DNA from: Patescibacteria group bacterium
GTDB taxonomy: Bacteria; Patescibacteriota; Minisyncoccia; Phycocordibacterales; Phycocordibacteraceae
DNA length: 64,000 nucleotides
Direction of reading: 5' to 3'
Assembly: GCA_013815345.1 (NCBI GenBank)
Contig: JACDGK010000002.1
Location: 99,399 to 163,398 of the forward strand
The notes beneath the pieces are model-generated. The model did no database searches and was not told the DNA's origin. It saw only the letters and a program-made list of their open reading frames with translations. The position numbers and the translations under genes are program-made. Shown one piece after another: positions 58,952 to 64,000 of this stretch. Positions within the stretch are counted from its first letter, which is position 1; each line of letters begins with the position of its first letter.

Positions 58952-58971
58952 GAATACAGTATACTACTATC
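58952..58971. promoter_or_regulatory. Symmetric bidirectional -10 element
   Basis: CAT-6nt-AGTATACT-6nt-ATG. Confidence 0.7.
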
Positions 58972-59181
58972 ATGGAACCCGAACTTTCTGCTCGACTTGC
59001 CGCCCTTGAGGATAAAGTGCAGAAAATACTTGTGTCGGTTGAAAAGACGCGAAAATATTTTTTGTGGACACTTATTATTTCAGTTGCCCTTGTCGTGCTG
59101 CCGGCTGTCGGTCTTGCCTTTGCTATTCCTGCCTTTCTTACTAACTACGTCGGCAGTATACAAAACATTTCAGGGGTATAG
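58972..59181 (+). CDS. Small coiled-coil plus TM protein
   Basis: SVEKTRKYFLWTLI...; TATACT 6 nt upstream. Confidence 0.75.
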   Translation: MEPELSARLAALEDKVQKILVSVEKTRKYFLWTLIISVALVVLPAVGLAFAIPAFLTNYVGSIQNISGV

Positions 59182-59309
59182 AGAACTCCTTTCACTATTT
59201 AGCGACCGGTCATGCGGGCCAGCTGAATAAGAATACCCATATACCACGGAGCAATGTACCGCACTTGAAGAAAGATGCTGGTAGGTGCGCATTACGATAT
59301 AGTGCACCT

Positions 59310-60044
59310 ATGAAGAAAGAAATTCCGGTGAAATCAAAACCCACCTACCCTATGCGCATCAATCAATACTTAGCGATGCATAACCACTCCACGAGGCGAG
59401 GAGGGGATGAGCTCGTTACGAAACACAAAGTATGGATAAACGGCAGAATAGCAGTGCTAGGTGACAAGGTTGCGGCAACGGACAAAGTCGAAGTGAGAAA
59501 TCACACAGCGAAAACATACGTCTACTATGCGTACAACAAAGCAAGAGGTACCGTGTCGCACTCTGCCGAGAAAGGTGCTCACGATATTGGGGATCGTATT
59601 GAGCTGGAGCTTGGCCTTACCGGCGTCTTCCCTATCGGGCGACTCGACAAAGATTCGCATGGACTCATCATCCTCACCAATGACGGTCGTATTACTGATC
59701 GATTGCTAAACCCCGATCGAGAGCACGACAAGGAATATGTCGTGAAGACTCGCGAAAAGGTTCGCGCGAGTTTTAAAAAGAACATGGAGGCGGGAGTGGA
59801 CATTGAGGGATATCTTACTAAACCATGTACGATAAAAATCATCGACGATCACACGTTCTCGATTATATTGAGCGAAGGCAAAAAGCACCAAATACGACGA
59901 ATGGTCGTGGCACTTCATAATGAAGTGGTTGATTTGAAACGTACTCGGGTTCTTACTATAGAGCTCGATGAAATAAAACCAGGCAAGCATCGCGAAATAA
60001 AAGGCGCTGAGCTTGAGACATTTCTCAAAAAGCTCGGACTTTAG
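59310..60044 (+). CDS. RsuA/RluB/RluF-family pseudouridine synthase
   Basis: S4 domain, GRLDKDS, EGKKHQIRRM. Start 59310 follows TATAGT. Confidence 0.93.
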   Translation: MKKEIPVKSKPTYPMRINQYLAMHNHSTRRGGDELVTKHKVWINGRIAVLGDKVAATDKVEVRNHTAKTYVYYAYNKARGTVSHSAEKGAHDIGDRIELELGLTGVFPIGRLDKDSHGLIILTNDGRITDRLLNPDREHDKEYVVKTREKVRASFKKNMEAGVDIEGYLTKPCTIKIIDDHTFSIILSEGKKHQIRRMVVALHNEVVDLKRTRVLTIELDEIKPGKHREIKGAELETFLKKLGL

Positions 60045-60146
60045 CTCACCTCTTTATTTCATTCTCCTCTTCACCCTTCCTTCACTTTCTTTATGTATAT
60101 TGACCATAGATTTACTAAATTGTCTCCAAATATATAATCGAAGATT

Positions 60147-60479
60147 ATGAAAAAAATATTACTATCCGCCGTGCTTGTTCTGAGCCTCCCTGCCTCAGCG
60201 TTTGCTGCAACCTACGACTATGTAAATACTAGCGGAGCGCTTCAGTCCGTAGTCGCTTCTACTCCTGAACAAGCATTGATTACTGCTCCCAATATCGCTT
60301 TGCATAGTGGGGTTATTCTCGATACGGGCACTGTTGTAGTCGCCCCAACCGGTACCATGTCTCTCTATGAGTATGTTGCTATTGATGGCAATCTCAGCAC
60401 CGTTCAGGCCAACAGTCCTACACAAGCATTCGCCCTCGCCACAAATATCGCTCTACATAGCGGCGTAATGGCTCTTTAG
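60147..60479 (+). CDS. Small secreted protein with an internal duplication
   Basis: Signal peptide ending AFA; two copies of YxYV..G.L..V.A.SP.QA...A.NIALHSGV. Confidence 0.8.
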   Translation: MKKILLSAVLVLSLPASAFAATYDYVNTSGALQSVVASTPEQALITAPNIALHSGVILDTGTVVVAPTGTMSLYEYVAIDGNLSTVQANSPTQAFALATNIALHSGVMAL

Positions 60480-60739
60480 TTAATAAGCCCTAAGGCCATC
60501 GTTAAAGATGGAAATAGAAAACGGGAAAGACTCCCGCGAGCACCGCAACAATTTGGATTGCGATGATACAGAGCGCTTGCGTTCGTTTCAGTGACAACCA
60601 CCGAATAGCAAACACTCCGATCATCAGTGCTTCTAAAACTAAGCTGTATTTAAAAACGAACCCCCTGATCCAATGCCGACAAAGTGGCAAAGGTTCAGAG
60701 GTACAAAGACTGAAACGCCAAGAGTCTAATTGGCTAGAA

Positions 60740-61161
60740 TCAACGGGAAACGACCTGATAGTCGGCGTCCCACTCGAACGGGTTCGCAACGGAGCTCGCC
60801 CCCACGTCCCAGCGTGGCTGGAGTCCCAGCCGGCGTCCACCGCCCAGAGCACTTCGTTCTGGTCGCGGATATAGGCGATGTTCGCATAGCCGTTGACGAG
60901 CAGAGGTCCGGACTGGCCATTGCCCTGCTGCTTCAATTGCTCCCAGAATTGGCCGACGGTCGTTTCTGTCGTCATTTCGCCGGTTTCGGTCATGATAGGG
61001 CCGTCGACCGATGCCTTCTTCAGCTTGGAGATCTTCAGGGTTTCGGCGCGGGTGGCGTCCTCGATCTTGCCGAGGAAATTGCTCTTGAAGTTGACGCCGA
61101 TCCCATAGATCTTCACGCCGTCGGTGGTCTTTCCTTCATAGAATCTGAATACGACTCTCAA
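60740..61161 (-). pseudogene. Putative DGR target gene remnant (5'-truncated, frameshift at 60812-60813)
   Basis: Restoring one base gives ...LWAVDAGWDSSHxWDVGASSVANPFEWDADYQVVSR-stop, rich in NNC codons; GC-rich island. Confidence 0.65.
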
Positions 61162-61182
61162 CTAATATGCCTTTTGAGACTA

Positions 61183-61210
61183 GTTATCGACGCGCCTTGA
61201 GCGCGATAAC
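61183..61210 (-). terminator. Hairpin downstream of tRNA-Gln
   Basis: GTTATCGACGCGC-CTTGA-GCGCGATAAC. Confidence 0.55.
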
Positions 61211-61966
61211 CTAGCACACGTTGGCTGGGGGAGAAGGAGTCGGACCTTCATATACACCTTCAAAGGGTGCTGTCCTACCGTTAGACGATCCCCCATTATT
61301 TACGGAAATTCCGTGAATCCACCCATGAACCTTGCGATTCAGAGAAGTGCTATTCTTCACTTTAATCCGTACTAGGCCATGATACAAGTCTCCTACTGCA
61401 TGTCTATTCGTATGCCGTTTTCCTTTCTTAAAATAAATACTCGTAATCTCCTCGACGCGCAACGTACTTTCCCACCATTTTTTGAAAAACTTGGTCTCAC
61501 GTCTTCTGTCCTGATGTATATATAACTCAAACTTTAATTCGTCTTTTCGTATATTCATTAATGTTAGCCATCGTAAAAAGATTTTCAGCATGGTTGGATC
61601 TGAATTACTGAAGACAATGCCAGTGCTCGGACTATGTTCATGCTGCTTAGAGCCTTCTCCCCAATACAGTGATATCCCCACTAACCAAAGCTCCCTATTA
61701 GAAAGAAGACCAGTTTCTTTTAACCCATTCATGTTTGCAGTGTTGACACTGGCCAGCCGAGCAGTCCGTCTTGCTAGTGCACCTTTCAAGCGAGCCTCCC
61801 GACTCTTTTGGGTTATACGTTGCTTCTGGTTTTTAGCTAACCCAATATTTTGAAGCCAAAGCGAAAGTGTCGACTTTGCTACAGGAACTTCGTCAAGAAT
61901 TTCTCTATATGTTTTACCCTCCTTTCGCAGTAATATTGCCCTCTATTTTTCGACCTCCCTTTTCAT
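61211..61966 (-). pseudogene. HTH plus LAGLIDADG-like protein with an in-frame TAG at codon 8
   Basis: MKREVEK*RAILLRKEGKTYREIL...VAKSTLSLWL is in frame with LYWGEGSK and FSNSDP. Confidence 0.7.
61222..61295 (-). tRNA. tRNA-Gln(TTG), CCA encoded
   Basis: TGGGGGA/TCCCCCA acceptor stem, G discriminator, anticodon TTG, T-loop TCCGACT. Confidence 0.93.
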
Positions 61967-62030
61967 TCAGTAAATATGGAATTCCAGAGATAAAATTCCT
62001 ATAAGTTATTTCTAAAGTAGGTATGAAGTT

Positions 62031-63104
62031 TTAATCTTGCCCGAGAAGCTCAAAGACAGCAAGCTCTAGCGGAAGCGCTGGCTCGGGTGAAAAGCGCATG
62101 CGCTCTGCGGCGTCGAGAAATACTTTTAATGTTTGGTGCGTTAGTTTTGAATCTTTCGTTTGCGCAAGCTTCTCCACTTCTGCATACGCGTCAGCTCCTA
62201 ACTCCTCAGCAATTTCTTTACGGAGCTCGGGTGCGTATCGCACAAGGAGCACGGTTCGTATCTGCTCAAGAACGAGAGAGAGATACAATGCCAAATCTAC
62301 ACTTTCGCTGCGCGTTTTTCGAATCGTACTTAACGCCATGTCTGCGTTTCCTTCCCCGAGAGCTGCGACGAGTGTTTGAATGAGTTCGTGCTTCGGCGCT
62401 CCGGTTGCACGCTCTGCTTCGGCTCGTGTAACTTTTTTATCAGAAACTGAACTCAGCACTTTCTCAAGCGTTGAAAGCGCGTCACGATAGGAACTATCCC
62501 CAAGAAGCGCAATGAGGTCGGCAGCTGAAGGTTCTATAATATACCCTTCCTTTCTTGCGACTTCACCCACGAGCTTTGCGAGCACTGCGCGAGATGGTTT
62601 CTTAAATTCATATACCTGGCAGCGGGACTGTACCGTTTCTGGAACTTTTGAGAGCTCGGTAGTGGCAAGAATGAATAATGCATGTGCCGGTGGCTCCTCT
62701 AAGGTTTTGAGAAAAGCATTCCATGCCCCCTTCGAAAGCATGTGGGCTTCGTCGAGTATATAGACCTTGTAGGGTGACTCGAAAGGCAGTGTGTAGACGT
62801 TTTCCGTAAGGGCACGAATGTCGTCGACGCTATTGTTCGACGCTGCATCTATTTCATACAGATCGCGAGAGGTGCACCCAAGTTCTTGCGCAAATATACG
62901 TGCAATGGATGTTTTACCAAGACCACGCGAGCCTGCGAAAAGATACGCATGCCCGACTTTTTTGGAAGCGATTTGATCTGCAAGCGTAGAGGTTATCTGC
63001 TCCTGTCCTATCACTTCCTTGAAGGTAGCAGGACGATAGGTGCGATAGAGAGATTGGTGGTTGCTCGGAGATGAACCACGAGATGCTTCGGAAGACGACG
63101 CCAT
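62031..63104 (-). CDS. dnaX: DNA polymerase III gamma/tau (short form)
   Basis: LYRTYRP, GSRGLGKT, EIDAAS, DEAHML, LKTLEEPP, SRC. Confidence 0.95.
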   Translation of the reverse strand: MASSSEASRGSSPSNHQSLYRTYRPATFKEVIGQEQITSTLADQIASKKVGHAYLFAGSRGLGKTSIARIFAQELGCTSRDLYEIDAASNNSVDDIRALTENVYTLPFESPYKVYILDEAHMLSKGAWNAFLKTLEEPPAHALFILATTELSKVPETVQSRCQVYEFKKPSRAVLAKLVGEVARKEGYIIEPSAADLIALLGDSSYRDALSTLEKVLSSVSDKKVTRAEAERATGAPKHELIQTLVAALGEGNADMALSTIRKTRSESVDLALYLSLVLEQIRTVLLVRYAPELRKEIAEELGADAYAEVEKLAQTKDSKLTHQTLKVFLDAAERMRFSPEPALPLELAVFELLGQD

Positions 63105-63132
63105 CTCCCTAGTATATAAGGAAATGGAGATA

Positions 63133-63957
63133 CTAGCTAAGAGCCTTCATCATTCTGGTCATGCCAATGCCGGCGCCAAAACGCGGGAAGAATGGCAGCA
63201 CGAGAAACTGCTCAAGCTCCGCTTCGACGCGCTCTTTGCCGAAGGTTCGGAAAAGAAGCTCGGCATATTCGCCGTTGCTAATACTATGGAATCTTTTTCG
63301 CATATCCTCAGGATCTGTGCTTCTTTCGGCAGAGCCTATTGTTTCGATACCGTCGATAATAACGTCAATCTTTGCGGCGCCTTTTGCGGTGCGATTCATA
63401 TTCCAAAATGGCGAGGTTTCTTCAGGAAAGTATTCCAGAAACACCACCCTTCCGAAATCTTTTAGCATCATTTTCTCGTGTTCATTTGTGAGTTCTGTTG
63501 TGTCATATTTCTTTGCAAGCTCAAGATATGAGTGATGCGTAAAGTCCTTTGCGGAACCGAGCCCGAGATACTCGCAGAGTTCTATTTCGAGATTGCGTAG
63601 ATCATCAATCGTTCCTGGCGCTTCGAACTCGAACATTGGAAAAATGAGATCGTGCCTTCCGGGAATTGGGTTTGGCTCATTGCGATAGCTGGTAGAGACA
63701 CAGAAGACTCCGGGAACGTTCGGCTGTGTGAGAAGTTCATATTCGAGCCACATTTGACCTGTTTGCGGAAGTGGCCAGGTATTGCCTTTGTACTCGTATG
63801 TAGCAACGGTGGTTGGGTCTTCACACGCAGCAAGAATGCTCAATCTATCTTGCGTATGGACTTCAATAAACCCTTTAGCAAGAAAAAACGCGCGGAGCGC
63901 GTTGATAGAAGTGCTGAATGCGGTTGGCTGGTGGCGGGGTTGGTATGCAGTATACAT
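63133..63957 (-). CDS. Class IIb aaRS catalytic-domain paralog (AsnRS-like, no anticodon domain)
   Basis: SYRNEP...RH..FPMFEFE (motif 2), ETIGSAERS, GAGIGMTR (motif 3); only 274 aa. Confidence 0.8.
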   Translation of the reverse strand: MYTAYQPRHQPTAFSTSINALRAFFLAKGFIEVHTQDRLSILAACEDPTTVATYEYKGNTWPLPQTGQMWLEYELLTQPNVPGVFCVSTSYRNEPNPIPGRHDLIFPMFEFEAPGTIDDLRNLEIELCEYLGLGSAKDFTHHSYLELAKKYDTTELTNEHEKMMLKDFGRVVFLEYFPEETSPFWNMNRTAKGAAKIDVIIDGIETIGSAERSTDPEDMRKRFHSISNGEYAELLFRTFGKERVEAELEQFLVLPFFPRFGAGIGMTRMMKALS

Positions 63958-64000
63958 AAGGCTTATAGGTTAATGAATATAAAAAGAAAAACGCCTTCCG

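Noticed and set aside
60502-61161. 219-aa ORF as one intact protein
   Set aside because: Its C-terminal half is out-of-frame read-through across the putative variable repeat and downstream hairpin.
61943-61945. In-frame TAG as evidence of stop-codon recoding
   Set aside because: TAG and TGA terminate conserved genes elsewhere in the window; this is a single lesion.

Overview
A gene-dense, almost entirely minus-strand segment of a small-genome bacterium, most likely Patescibacteria/CPR (Parcubacteria-like, genetic code 11). The basis for this placement is the short ATP synthase delta/epsilon subunits, the sigma70-r4/HARE-HTH protein, the DUF5663-like gene and pervasive leaderless -10 promoters. 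The core content is an M16 peptidase pair, mnmA, leuS, ychF, atpBEFHAGDC, mltG, ddl, uvrABC, tgt, dnaX, an ECF sigma/anti-sigma pair, a LexA/Y-family polymerase cassette and three tRNAs (Ala-GGC, Ala-TGC, Gln-TTG). Self-contained accessory cassettes (pyrEF, purC, orphan secreted proteins) are interspersed. No CRISPR array, rRNA, integrase, transposase or reverse transcriptase is visible. The most notable signals are: (1) a frameshifted, GC-rich gene downstream of tRNA-Gln whose 3' end looks like a diversity-generating retroelement variable repeat followed by a hairpin; (2) an unannotated ~190-nt structured RNA with its own promoter and terminator; (3) a VirD4-like ATPase, a membrane-anchored ATPase-less paralog of its N-domain, and an adjacent 1091-aa effector-like protein; (4) a 20-bp symmetric bidirectional leaderless promoter; (5) a 123-bp rod-like palindrome inside the atp operon; (6) repeated loss of Zn/Fe-S cysteines in housekeeping enzymes; (7) a GH26 lacking its nucleophile. 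All calls come from reading the sequence only; no searches were run.
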